Source: an uncultured Anaerolineales bacterium (GTDB lineage Bacteria > Chloroflexota > Anaerolineae > UBA1429). Taken from it: DNA of 64,000 nucleotides. Location: NCBI GenBank assembly GCA_964407215.1, contig CAYOUT010000016.1, positions 4,473 through 68,472 of the forward strand. Direction: 5' to 3'. A model generated the notes under the pieces. That model did no database searches, was not told the origin of the DNA, and saw only the letters and a list, made by a program, of their open reading frames with translations. The translations under genes were made by a program, and so were the position numbers. Positions 9,586 through 19,289 of the stretch are shown here, one piece after another; the stretch's first letter is position 1, and the number at the start of each line of letters is the position of its first letter.

Positions 9586-10098
9586 ATGGCGCGAGCGTAC
9601 CTGGGCTTGGGCAGCAACCTGGGGGATCGAGAGAAGCACCTGCTCGGCGCGTTGGCGCTGCTGCGCCGCGCGGGGGTTATGGTGGGCGCTACATCGCGCC
9701 TCTACGAGACGGAGCCCTGGGGCGTCACTGACCAGCCGCCGTACCTCAACGCCGCCTGTGCCATCGATACGGATCTGCCCCCCCACGAGCTGCTCGCGAC
9801 GCTCAAAGAGACGGAGCGGCAAATGGGACGAAGGCCCGGCCCCCGCTGGGGACCGCGCGAGGTGGATCTCGATATTCTGCTCTACGACGACCTCATCATT
9901 GCGACACCCAGCCTGACGATCCCTCATCGGGGTATGCTGGAGCGCTGGAGCGTGCTGGTGCCTTTGGCCGACATCGCCGCACAGGTGAGGCATCCAGCGA
10001 CGGGCCTCACTATCGGCGAGCACCTCGCCGCGCTCGGGGAGCCCTTCGGCATCGCGCCCTATCCGCCGGGCCTCATCGGGCGTTGTACACTCTCGTGA
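9586..10098 (+). CDS. folK: 2-amino-4-hydroxy-6-hydroxymethyldihydropteridine pyrophosphokinase (HPPK)
   Basis: MARAYLGLGSNLGDREKHL…YETEPWG…REVDLDILLY. Only 1 nt separates it from the folP stop, so an operon is likely. Confidence 0.9.
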   Translation: MARAYLGLGSNLGDREKHLLGALALLRRAGVMVGATSRLYETEPWGVTDQPPYLNAACAIDTDLPPHELLATLKETERQMGRRPGPRWGPREVDLDILLYDDLIIATPSLTIPHRGMLERWSVLVPLADIAAQVRHPATGLTIGEHLAALGEPFGIAPYPPGLIGRCTLS

Positions 10099-10157
10099 GA
10101 TCGCTCTGTATCGGCGAGGCCGAGCATGCGCACCTCGATTCGTAAGCTGGAGGCTCG

Positions 10158-12884
10158 ATGGCGCGTTCGCGGTTAGGCGCTCTCTTCCTGGCTTTGGCCC
10201 TGGCCGTGGTGCCCCTCTGCACACGGGCCGAACCGGGGGCCGTCGCGGGGTCTGCGCCGCACGACGCGCGTACGCACGGCACCCAGCGCGGCATCCCGCT
10301 GAGCGCCCGAGCCAGAGTGGCCCCGGAGCTGTTGGAGCAATTGCTGGCGGGCGATGACGCCGCACCCGAGGGCGGCACGGAACCCGGCATGGTGTCCTAC
10401 ATTGTGTACCTGCGCGATGAGGGCCGCACGGCGGATTTGGAGCGCGAGCCCCGGCTCGCGCCGCGCCGGCAGGTGCTGGTGCAGCGCCTGCAAGACAGGG
10501 CCGGCGCCTCACAGCGCGGCCTCACGGCGCGCCTGGAAGAGCTCCGCCGCCTAGGCAACGTACAGCGCTATCGCAGCCTCTGGATCGTGAACGCGATCGC
10601 CATCACCAGCGATGCGGATAGCGTCCTGGAGATTGCGCGCCGGCCGGAGGTGGCCTCGCTGCAGCCCAACCGCCTACACCGTCTGCCCGCGCCCGACCCG
10701 GCGCTCCCGGCTCTCGCGTCGGACCCGCTCCCCTGGGGGCTGACGGCCATCGGCGCCGACCGTGTGTGGACCGAGCTGGGCGTTACCGGCGAGGGCGTTG
10801 TGGTGGCCAACCTGGATTCGGGCGTGGATTGGACGCACCCAGCGTTGCAGCATCGGTACCGCGGCTACAACCCCGCCGAGCCGGACGATTCCGTCCACGA
10901 CTATAACTGGTTCGATCCCACCGGCACCTATCCCACCGAGCCCGGCCCGCAGGTGTATAAAAGCTGGATATCCGACCACGGCACCCACGTCATGGGCATC
11001 ATAGTGGGCTCGCTGCCGGATGGGAGCCGCACCATCGGTGTGGCCCCCGGCGCCCGGTGGATCGCCGGCAAAGTGTTCGACGACTATGGCTTCGCATACG
11101 ATGAGTGGGTCCACGCTGGCCTCCAGTGGTGCCTGGCGCCGACGGACCTCGGGGGCGAGCACCCCGATCCGAGCAAGGCGCCCGATATCGTCAACGCCTC
11201 TTGGGGTAGCGTTGATCTGGTCTCAGCGTTCGACAAAGACATCGCTGCGCTCCGAGCCGCTGGCATTTTCACGGTCTTTGCGGCAGGCAACAACGGTCCG
11301 GAGGCGGGCACCATCAACTCGCCGGGCAGTTTGCCCTACGCCTTTGCGGTGGGCTCCACCGACCAGTTCGAGCTCATCGCCACCTCTTCTGCGCGCGGGC
11401 CATCGTTGTGGGGAGAGATCAAACCCGACCTCGTAGCGCCCGGCCAGGGGATCGAATCTTGCGTAGCAGGCGGCAACTACAAAAAGTGGGGGGGCACCTC
11501 CATGGCTGCGCCGCACGTGGCGGGTGCGGTCGCGCTGTTGTGGAGCGCCGATAGGGCCGCTGGGTGCGGGCCATCTGGCGGGCCCATGCTCACGGTGGCC
11601 CGCACCGAGGAGCTGCTCACGCGCAGCGCCGTGGACCTGGGCCCGGCTGGAGCCGACAACACGTACGGTTGGGGGCGCCTGGACGCCTATGCGGCCGTAT
11701 CGCAGCTGATGCACAGCGGGTTGCTGGAGGGCCAAGCGAGCGATGGCGCCACCGGAGAGCCGCTCCCCGGCGTCAGAGTCACGCTCCGCGAGCAAACGTC
11801 GGGCGAGCAGGCAGAGGCGCTCTCGGCGGAGGACGGCTCCTTTTCGCTGCTCCTGCGAGAGGGCGAGTACGACCTGACGGGGGACCTCTTTGGCTACAGC
11901 GACCCGGCCGCCCACAACGTTCGTATCGTCGCGCGAGAGACCGTCGCCGAGCAGGCTGCGCTGCAACCGCTCGCGCTGGGCTTTGTGCAGGGCCGGGTGA
12001 CGGGGAGCGACATCGGCGCACCGGCCACGGTGGTAGCGGCCGGCACGCCGGCGCGTTCGTTGGTTGACGCAAATGGGGACTATAGGCTGGAGCTTCCCCC
12101 GGGCACCTACACCCTGCGCGCTCTGCCCGATGCGCCGGGGTACCGCGGCTCGGAGGCGGTGGACGTACAGGTGATCGAGGGCGCCACGACGGAGCTCGAT
12201 CTGGCGCTGCAGCCCGCGCCCCGCATCCTTTTGGTGGACGCCGACGCCTGGCTGGGCGCCAGCACCGCCGTCTATTACGCCTCGGCGCTGCAAGCGCTCC
12301 GCTACGGCTATGCGCTGCACAGTATCGATGCGCGGTATAGCGACCTCCCCTCGGCGGACGAGCTGCTGGATTATGACCTCGTCATCTGGTGGCACATTCG
12401 AACCTCGCCCGGTCGCATCGGCGCCTGGGGTGTGCTGGCGGACTATTTGGAGGAGGGCGGCCGCCTGTTGCTGAGCGGGCAGAGCATCGGCCTCTGGGAT
12501 GACAAGGGGAGCAACGAGTACCGCCACTACCTCCACATCCGCCACGTCGGGGCCGATACCGCGCTCGAGCCGCAGATAGGCGCGAGCGGCAGGGTGTTGG
12601 AGGGGGTCGCCCTCGCTTTCAACACCGAAGACAGCGCGACCAACCAAATCTCGGCCGATCTGCTCGAACCCCTCAACTGGCTGGCGCAACCCATCATCGG
12701 CGCCGAGGCGGGCCAGCCCACCGGCGTCGTGGTGGATACTTTTTCCTACCGGGTCTTTTATCTGGGTTTCGGCTTCGAGGGGGTGGGGCCGCAGGCGTCA
12801 CGGGTGGCGGCGATGGACCGGCTGATAGAGGCGGCTCTCCTGCCCTTACCCAAACCGCTCTACTTGCCGGCCGTCTCACACTGA
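10158..12884 (+). CDS. Secreted subtilisin-like serine peptidase (S8 family) with C-terminal accessory domains
   Basis: Signal peptide present. Asp/His/Ser catalytic motifs ANLDSGVDWTHP, HGTHVMGII, GTSMAAPHVAGAVALL. Followed by carboxypeptidase-regulatory-like beta domains. Confidence 0.9.
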   Translation: MARSRLGALFLALALAVVPLCTRAEPGAVAGSAPHDARTHGTQRGIPLSARARVAPELLEQLLAGDDAAPEGGTEPGMVSYIVYLRDEGRTADLEREPRLAPRRQVLVQRLQDRAGASQRGLTARLEELRRLGNVQRYRSLWIVNAIAITSDADSVLEIARRPEVASLQPNRLHRLPAPDPALPALASDPLPWGLTAIGADRVWTELGVTGEGVVVANLDSGVDWTHPALQHRYRGYNPAEPDDSVHDYNWFDPTGTYPTEPGPQVYKSWISDHGTHVMGIIVGSLPDGSRTIGVAPGARWIAGKVFDDYGFAYDEWVHAGLQWCLAPTDLGGEHPDPSKAPDIVNASWGSVDLVSAFDKDIAALRAAGIFTVFAAGNNGPEAGTINSPGSLPYAFAVGSTDQFELIATSSARGPSLWGEIKPDLVAPGQGIESCVAGGNYKKWGGTSMAAPHVAGAVALLWSADRAAGCGPSGGPMLTVARTEELLTRSAVDLGPAGADNTYGWGRLDAYAAVSQLMHSGLLEGQASDGATGEPLPGVRVTLREQTSGEQAEALSAEDGSFSLLLREGEYDLTGDLFGYSDPAAHNVRIVARETVAEQAALQPLALGFVQGRVTGSDIGAPATVVAAGTPARSLVDANGDYRLELPPGTYTLRALPDAPGYRGSEAVDVQVIEGATTELDLALQPAPRILLVDADAWLGASTAVYYASALQALRYGYALHSIDARYSDLPSADELLDYDLVIWWHIRTSPGRIGAWGVLADYLEEGGRLLLSGQSIGLWDDKGSNEYRHYLHIRHVGADTALEPQIGASGRVLEGVALAFNTEDSATNQISADLLEPLNWLAQPIIGAEAGQPTGVVVDTFSYRVFYLGFGFEGVGPQASRVAAMDRLIEAALLPLPKPLYLPAVSH

Positions 12885-12945
12885 GCCGGCGCCGCCCTCC
12901 CACGCCCCGCCGGGCGGCTGCCCGCTGTTTGCGGCGGGAGCGGGC

Positions 12946-12974
12946 TTGCACGGCGCTTTCGACTATGCTACAAT
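12946..12974 (+). promoter_or_regulatory. Sigma-70-like promoter TTGCAC-17-TGcTACAAT
   Basis: -35 TTGCAC at 12946-51 and extended -10 TGCTACAAT at 12966-74, about 185 nt upstream of the CDS at 13160. Confidence 0.4.
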
Positions 12975-13159
12975 CGCCAACTGTAACTGCGGCGCGATAG
13001 TACACGTGCCTTTTACGCTTGGGCGCGCCCCACGGTCCGGCGCCGTGTACAGAGTCTGCTTTGCGCCACGTGGTGCGGCGGAAAAGCTATCGCCGGGCGA
13101 TGACGCAAGACCGGTTACCACAACGCGATCATGCCACCTGAAAGGAGCCTAACCAAGCC

Positions 13160-16100
13160 ATGGAGGGAAGCGAAGCGCGCGATAGGGAGGGGCTCATCTC
13201 CTCTTTCAGGAACGGGTTGAGTGCACGGGCGCTGTTTTACATGCTCGTGCCCATTGTGGTGGTGGCGGCGCTGTTTCTGCCCCCCATCTCGCTGGGCAAC
13301 AGGCTGTTCCATCTGGATGAGCCGCTGATCACCCCCAACGAGGGCGGCTTGGTACGCGGGCCCAACTCGGCCACGCTGCAAGTGCCCCCGGGGGCCGCCG
13401 GCAAACGGGTGCGCATCTCGATGAGCGCGCTGGAGGTGAGCGACCTCGCCAATCTCGGCCGTAAAAGCCCCGAGAGCCGGGCCGCTCAAGAGGTCCCAGA
13501 GGACACCCTCGCCTACTGGCCGATCTACCGACTGCAGTTACGAGGCACTAGCCCCACAAAAGCCGTCCTCAGCCTGCCCATGCCGCAGCAGCTCGTCGCT
13601 CGTGAGGTGGTGGACCTGTTCGGGTGGGACGGCAAGGGGTGGGCCTGGCTCCCCTCTCAGCTATCTGCGGACGGCTCGGTGATCAAAGCCGAGCTGGATC
13701 AAGTGCCCTCGATGGTGCTCATCGCCCAGAGCCAGACCAACCCGCCGCGCATCAGCTTGGCAGCGTCGCTGCGAGATATCGACAAGCTCGAAAAGTTCAC
13801 GCCCACCCGCGTAACCCTTAACGGCACCGTCGCAAAGCCGGGCGGTGGGCTGGATGGCGACACCCCAGCCTCGTCGCAGGTGGCAACCGAGGCCCCCGTG
13901 CTGCTCTCCGTCCGCAACCTGGTGGATGGTGAGCCGAGTAGCGACCTCGTGGCGAACCTCTTGGTCGACGCGGATGGCAAGCAGGCGCACATCGACGAGA
14001 TCGTATCCACCGCCGAGATGGGCGGGTATGCGGGCGTCGAGCTGGCCTACCTCCAGCTTGATCCCAGCCTCAGGCAGGATTTCAGCGCTTTTGTGCGCGA
14101 GCTGGCGCGGGCACTACACACCGAGGAGAGGCTCCTCGCCGTGCGGGTGGATCGCCCCACCAATGTCGAGGGGGCCTGGGATACCGGCGCGTACGATTGG
14201 CGCGCCATCGGCCGCTGGGCCGACGTGGTGCGGGTTCCCGCACTGATCAACGCCTCCGCCTACCGCGAGAACGGTGAGATGGAGCAGCTTTTGCAATGGG
14301 CGACTGGCGAGGTGGACCGGCGCAAGATCGAACTCACCATTAGCGCGCTCAGCCACGACGAGGCGGAGGGCCGCGTCACCGCTCTCACCTATCGCGAGGC
14401 GGTCGGGCTGTTGACGCGCGAGGTGCACTCGAACGACAAAGAGGCCACGCTGCTGCCGGGTGAGACGGTGGTCCTGAGCCTGCCCGAACTGTGGCAGGGC
14501 GAGGCGGGGCTGGACCCCGACGCACAGATGTACTGGTTTCGGTATCTGGATGCGTTGGGGATCGAGCACACCGTGTGGCTCGAAACCGCCTCCAGCGTCG
14601 CGCGCAAGCTGCAGCTCGTGGCGCGTTACGCTTTGGGGGGCGTACAAGCGGACGACCTACTGAACCCGGGCACAGAGGATGATGTGGTTGACGTTGTGCA
14701 AGCCTTTGAGGAAAGCATTTCGTCTGCCCGTCGCCACCAATACGCGTTCGTGTGGACCGTCAAGGACGAGAGGGGGCGGACGATTCTGCAATCGGTGTCG
14801 CCCCTCAGTCAGCCCAATATGATGTGGACGGCGCCCGATCTCCCCGGCACGTACGCCATCATGGCGTCGGTGTCGGACGATGGCGGGTATACGCTGTTCG
14901 AATCGGGGCCGCAGTTGAGCATCCAGGTGCCCACGCCCACCACCTCACCGACGCTGGCGGCCTCGCCCACTCCCACCGAGGAGCCCGACCCCACCGCCAC
15001 GCCCACAGAAGAGGCGGAAGAGGCGGAGGTTGAAGAGACCGAGACACTTCCGGCGGAAGAAGAGGAAGGGGAGGCCGAAGAAGAGCCGACGCCGCCCCCT
15101 CCGCCCCCCGCAGTGCCCCCCGGGCAGGCGGCAGCCGGCTTTGGGTACGGCATCCAAGCGGATATGATGACCGATGGCGATCACGAGCGGATCTTTCAGC
15201 ACATCAACGGCATGGGCTTTAACTGGATCAAACAGCAGGTAGAGTGGTTCCGCTACAACCCGGCGCCCGGCGTTTACGACTGGGGCGCCATCGATCGGCT
15301 GGTGGATGGCGCCAACGCGCACGGCGTAAACGTGCTGCTCAGCGTCGTCAAGGCGCCAGAGTGGGCGCGCCCGCCCGGAGACACCCACGAGGGGCCCCCC
15401 GCGGACCCGGAGACGTACGCCACCTTTTTGCGCGAACTGGCCGCCCGATACAGAGGGCGCGTCAGGGCGTACGAGATTTGGAACGAGCAGAACCTCTACT
15501 ACGAGTGGGGTGGCACGGGCAACAAGCTGAGTGCGGCGCGCTATATGGAGCTGCTCAGGGCGGCCTACAACGCCATCAAATCGGTGGACCCGGGCGCGGT
15601 GGTGATCAGCGGCGCGTTGACGCCAACCGGTGTCAACGACGGGAACATCGCCATCGACGACCGCGCCTATCTGGAGCAGATGTATCAGAACGGCTTGGCA
15701 CGCTACTCGGACGCCATCGGCGCACACCCCAGCGGCTATAACAACCCGCCCGACGCCGACTGGCGGACCTATAACGACGACACGGGGCGGTGCAAGGGCC
15801 ACCCCAGTTGGTTCTTCCGCAGCACCATGGAGAGCTATCGCAACATCATGATCAAGTACGGCGATGGCCACAAGAGGATCTGGGCCACCGAGTTCGGCTG
15901 GGCCAGCGTAGAGGGCCTCGGGGTGGGCCCCAACGCGGGATACGAGTACGCCGGCGACAACTCGGAAGCGGCGCAGGCACAATACATCGTCCGGGCCTAC
16001 GAGATCGGCAGGTCTTGGGGGTGGGTGGGCCCCATGTTCCTCTGGAACCTGAACTTTGCTCCCGTATCCGGCGCAGGCGACGAGAAGGCCAAGTTCGGCA

Positions 16101-16162
16101 TCGTCCGCAGCGACTGGAGCCCGCGCCCGGCCTACGATGCACTGGCCGCTATGCCCAAATAG
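13160..16162 (+). CDS. Multi-domain envelope glycoside hydrolase: N-terminal TM, GH18-like TIM-barrel region, Pro/Thr/Glu-rich linker, C-terminal clan GH-A (GH5-like) catalytic domain
   Basis: N-terminal hydrophobic segment. Middle region carries GYAGVELAY…(GH18-like). An acidic/Pro-rich linker (TPTEEPDPTATPTEEAEEAE…PPPPPP) follows. The C-terminal domain has RAYEIWNEQN (acid/base NEP-type) and IWATEFGWAS (nucleophile TE-G). Confidence 0.75.
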   Translation: MEGSEARDREGLISSFRNGLSARALFYMLVPIVVVAALFLPPISLGNRLFHLDEPLITPNEGGLVRGPNSATLQVPPGAAGKRVRISMSALEVSDLANLGRKSPESRAAQEVPEDTLAYWPIYRLQLRGTSPTKAVLSLPMPQQLVAREVVDLFGWDGKGWAWLPSQLSADGSVIKAELDQVPSMVLIAQSQTNPPRISLAASLRDIDKLEKFTPTRVTLNGTVAKPGGGLDGDTPASSQVATEAPVLLSVRNLVDGEPSSDLVANLLVDADGKQAHIDEIVSTAEMGGYAGVELAYLQLDPSLRQDFSAFVRELARALHTEERLLAVRVDRPTNVEGAWDTGAYDWRAIGRWADVVRVPALINASAYRENGEMEQLLQWATGEVDRRKIELTISALSHDEAEGRVTALTYREAVGLLTREVHSNDKEATLLPGETVVLSLPELWQGEAGLDPDAQMYWFRYLDALGIEHTVWLETASSVARKLQLVARYALGGVQADDLLNPGTEDDVVDVVQAFEESISSARRHQYAFVWTVKDERGRTILQSVSPLSQPNMMWTAPDLPGTYAIMASVSDDGGYTLFESGPQLSIQVPTPTTSPTLAASPTPTEEPDPTATPTEEAEEAEVEETETLPAEEEEGEAEEEPTPPPPPPAVPPGQAAAGFGYGIQADMMTDGDHERIFQHINGMGFNWIKQQVEWFRYNPAPGVYDWGAIDRLVDGANAHGVNVLLSVVKAPEWARPPGDTHEGPPADPETYATFLRELAARYRGRVRAYEIWNEQNLYYEWGGTGNKLSAARYMELLRAAYNAIKSVDPGAVVISGALTPTGVNDGNIAIDDRAYLEQMYQNGLARYSDAIGAHPSGYNNPPDADWRTYNDDTGRCKGHPSWFFRSTMESYRNIMIKYGDGHKRIWATEFGWASVEGLGVGPNAGYEYAGDNSEAAQAQYIVRAYEIGRSWGWVGPMFLWNLNFAPVSGAGDEKAKFGIVRSDWSPRPAYDALAAMPK

Positions 16163-16177
16163 GCGACGGCTGACCTC

Positions 16178-16216
16178 GAGGACGTAGGGTGCTCTCGCCC
16201 TCTACGTCCTCTTTTC
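16178..16216 (+). terminator. Rho-independent terminator (GAGGACGTAG…CTACGTCCTC + TTTT)
   Basis: 10-bp perfect stem followed by TCTTTTCCC, 16 nt after the stop of the 13160..16162 gene. Confidence 0.5.
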
Positions 16217-16288
16217 CCTCTCGCGGAGCCCCAAGGGGCGCCGCTGCAATTGTCTATCGGCGATCATCTGTTGTGGAGAGCGAATATT

Positions 16289-17536
16289 ATGTCATCTCTT
16301 CGTCGGATTGTCCTTTCGGTACTGGCGTTGTCGCTGGTGGTGAGCATGGTGGTGGCTTGCGGGCCGCGCGCCAGCAAGCCGCAGCCCACCTCCAATCCGC
16401 CGCAGGAGGCGGTAGAGCCCACTTTGGCGCCCACCATCACCGCCGAGGCTGCGACGCCCGGCGTTGAAGCGGAAGGGGGCGATCGGCCGGCCCCGTCGCA
16501 AGGGTTGCACATGAACACGCCCGAGTACGGCATGCAAGCCTTTCTCTGGTGGCGGCCCGAGGTCGCCAGCCGTGACCTGCAGGCCGTCCGCGACGCGGGC
16601 TTTGGTTGGGTGAAGGTTGGGTTCGGCTGGCGCGACATCGAGGGCGCGGGCAAAGGGCAGTTCGATTGGTCGCGCACGGATCACATCGTCGAGATGGCCA
16701 ACGCCGAGGGAATCAACTTGGTGGTGCGGGTGGATCATCAGCCCGTGTGGACGGGCGGCGGGTTCCCGTTGAACGGCCCGCCGGCGGATTTGGGGGACTT
16801 GGCGGACTTTTTCACCGCGCTGGCGAGCCGTTACAAGGGGCGCATTCGGGCGTACGAGGTGTGGAACGAGCCCAACCTGGCGCGCGAGTGGGGAGGGAGG
16901 CTGCCGGACCCAGGCGAGTACGCCGAGATGTTGCGCGTGTGCTACCGCGCCATCAAGGCTGCGGACCCCAACGCCATGGTCATCAGTGCGGGGCTGTCGC
17001 CCACCGGCTCGTGGACTGACGAGGCGCGGCCGGACGACTGGTATCTGGAGAGCCTCTATGTCGCCATGGGCAGCACCAGCAATGGCTACTTTGACGCGCT
17101 CGGCGTACACGCGCCCGGCTACAAAGTACCCCCCGAGACGGACCCCTCGGTGGTGGCCGCCGACCCATCGTTGGGCGGGCATCGCAGCTTCTCGTTCCGC
17201 CGCGTGGAGGACCTGCGAGCCATCATGGTCAACTATGGCGACAGTGCCAAGCAGATGGTCGTGCTAGAGATGGGCTGGACCAGCGACCCGAGACCCGATT
17301 CGCCCTATTTCTGGCACAGCGTTACAGAGGAGCAAAAGGCAGAGTACCTCGTGCGGGCTTTTCGGTACGCGCGCGAGAACTGGTCTCCCTGGATGGGGCT
17401 GATGGTGGTGATCTATATCGCCGACCCGGATTGGACCCCGGAACACGAGCAGTACTGGTGGGCCGTCACCGAACCGGGCTACCCCACATTGATTACGCGG
17501 CCCGCTTACGAAGCGCTTCAAGCCATGCCCAAGTGA
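16289..17536 (+). CDS. Clan GH-A (GH5-like) glycoside hydrolase lipoprotein
   Basis: Lipoprotein signal MSSLRRIVLSVLALSLVVSMVVAC. Motifs RAYEVWNEPNLAREWGG and MVVLEMGWTS are paralogous to the C-terminal domain of the upstream gene. Confidence 0.8.
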   Translation: MSSLRRIVLSVLALSLVVSMVVACGPRASKPQPTSNPPQEAVEPTLAPTITAEAATPGVEAEGGDRPAPSQGLHMNTPEYGMQAFLWWRPEVASRDLQAVRDAGFGWVKVGFGWRDIEGAGKGQFDWSRTDHIVEMANAEGINLVVRVDHQPVWTGGGFPLNGPPADLGDLADFFTALASRYKGRIRAYEVWNEPNLAREWGGRLPDPGEYAEMLRVCYRAIKAADPNAMVISAGLSPTGSWTDEARPDDWYLESLYVAMGSTSNGYFDALGVHAPGYKVPPETDPSVVAADPSLGGHRSFSFRRVEDLRAIMVNYGDSAKQMVVLEMGWTSDPRPDSPYFWHSVTEEQKAEYLVRAFRYARENWSPWMGLMVVIYIADPDWTPEHEQYWWAVTEPGYPTLITRPAYEALQAMPK

Positions 17537-17569
17537 GGGCCGCCCAGCGCAGTGCTCAACAAAGAAGCT

Positions 17570-17598
17570 TTGACAGCGGCGGTGAGACACGGTAGTAT
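17570..17598 (+). promoter_or_regulatory. Consensus sigma-70 promoter TTGACA-17-TAGTAT upstream of murA, with ~180-nt leader
   Basis: -35 TTGACA at 17570-75 and -10 TAGTAT at 17593-98. The murA ATG lies at 17780. Confidence 0.5.
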
Positions 17599-17779
17599 CG
17601 GGGCAACCGGGCCCGCCGCCGGGCCTTTGGAGCCGCCGAAAACGGCCCCCTGAAGCGCCAAAGCCGAGGGCGCTGGGATACCCGTCTCGTCCGCTTGCGC
17701 AGCGGAGATTCGCTGGCTGCCAAACCATCGATCGTACCAAGGCGAGCCCCACGTCAATAGTTATCGAGAGTAAAGCAAG

Positions 17780-19108
17780 ATGCCACTTGTCGTTGAAGGA
17801 CGTCATCCGCTGGTAGGCGAGATCGACATCGAAGGCGCCAAGAATGCGGCGCTACCCATTATCGCTGCGACACTCCTTACGAGCGACGAATGCCTGCTGG
17901 AGAACGTCCCTTACATCGAGGACATCCGCAATATGCTGAAGGTGCTGCAGCACCTCGGCGTGGCGGCGCGATTCGAAGGCTTGGACACGCTTCGCATCAA
18001 GGCGACGCGCATCTCCAAAGCGTACCTCCCTACCGACCTAGCCACGCGTATGCGGGCCAGCTTTCTCATGGTGGGCCCCCTGTTGGCGCGTTTTGGCCAG
18101 GCCGAGGCGCCCCACCCGGGCGGCTGCTCTATCGGCACGCGGCCAGTGAGTGTGGACCTCAAGGGATTCCAGACCATGGGCGCCGAGGTGATCATCAGCG
18201 ATGAGAGTTATGTCATCAAGTCGCGACGCCTTCAGGCCCAGCGGATCATTCTGGATTACCCCAGTCACACCGGCACAGAGAATCTGCTCATGGCCGCCTG
18301 CCTGGCAGAGGGTGTGACGTATATCGAGAACGCGTCCGTCGAGCCCGAGGTGATGGATTTGGCGGGCTTTTTGTGCGCCATGGGCGCGCGCATCTACGGC
18401 GCGGGCACCAGCACCATCCAGATCGAGGGAACCGGCCGGCTGCACGGAGCGTGCTACCGGATCATGCCGGATCGCATGGTGGCCGGCACCTACGCGCTCG
18501 GGGCGCTCATCACCGGTGGGCACATCCGCATGACGAGCGGCGTATCGCCCTACATGCGAGCGCTCACCAACAAGATGCGCGACGCGGGGGCAGAGGTCAC
18601 CGCCCGGAACGAGGTCTACGAAGTGCGCTCCCCCGAGGCCCTGCTGCCGGTGGACATTCAAACCTACCCCTACCCCGGGTTCCCCACCGATATGCAGGCG
18701 CCCTTTACCGCCGTGATGACCCAGGCCCGGGGCAACAGCTCCATCTATGAGACGATGTTCGACGGCCGTCTGCAGTATGTGGAAGAGTTGCGCCGACTGG
18801 GGGCAAACATCGAGATCTCGGGGTCGGGAAGGATGGCCCTGGTGCGCGGCCCCTCGCCGTTAAGCGGCGCCGAGATCAAGGCCCTGGATATCCGCTCGGG
18901 CGCTGCGATGGTGTTGGCGGCTCTGGCCGCCGAGGGCGAGACGCGCATCAACAATGTGGTGTACATCGACCGGGGCTATCAAGACCTCGACGCCCGCCTA
19001 CGGCAGCTCGGCGCGGTGGTATCTCGCATCGAAGAGGAAGTGCACGATCTGCCGCGCCTCGAGTGCGACGAGCCCGTCGAGTGGCTGGCCGCGCCCAGCC
19101 GCACCTAG
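17780..19108 (+). CDS. murA: UDP-N-acetylglucosamine 1-carboxyvinyltransferase
   Basis: Full-length MurA similarity (MPLVVEGRHPLVGEIDIEGAKNAALPIIAATLL…). Confidence 0.95.
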   Translation: MPLVVEGRHPLVGEIDIEGAKNAALPIIAATLLTSDECLLENVPYIEDIRNMLKVLQHLGVAARFEGLDTLRIKATRISKAYLPTDLATRMRASFLMVGPLLARFGQAEAPHPGGCSIGTRPVSVDLKGFQTMGAEVIISDESYVIKSRRLQAQRIILDYPSHTGTENLLMAACLAEGVTYIENASVEPEVMDLAGFLCAMGARIYGAGTSTIQIEGTGRLHGACYRIMPDRMVAGTYALGALITGGHIRMTSGVSPYMRALTNKMRDAGAEVTARNEVYEVRSPEALLPVDIQTYPYPGFPTDMQAPFTAVMTQARGNSSIYETMFDGRLQYVEELRRLGANIEISGSGRMALVRGPSPLSGAEIKALDIRSGAAMVLAALAAEGETRINNVVYIDRGYQDLDARLRQLGAVVSRIEEEVHDLPRLECDEPVEWLAAPSRT

Positions 19109-19289
19109 AGCCGCTTCGGAAACACGACCCCAACGGGGCCCCGGAGAGCCCTCTTGCGAGCGCGTGGCAGCGCCGTCCGCAAGCTGCGCCTCGGCACATG
19201 GCGTGCCGCGCACGAGAAACGCAGTTGTGCCCTCAGACCAAATGTGCTAAAATATTCGCGGTTTCCACCAGAGAGTTTCAGGAGGATGG

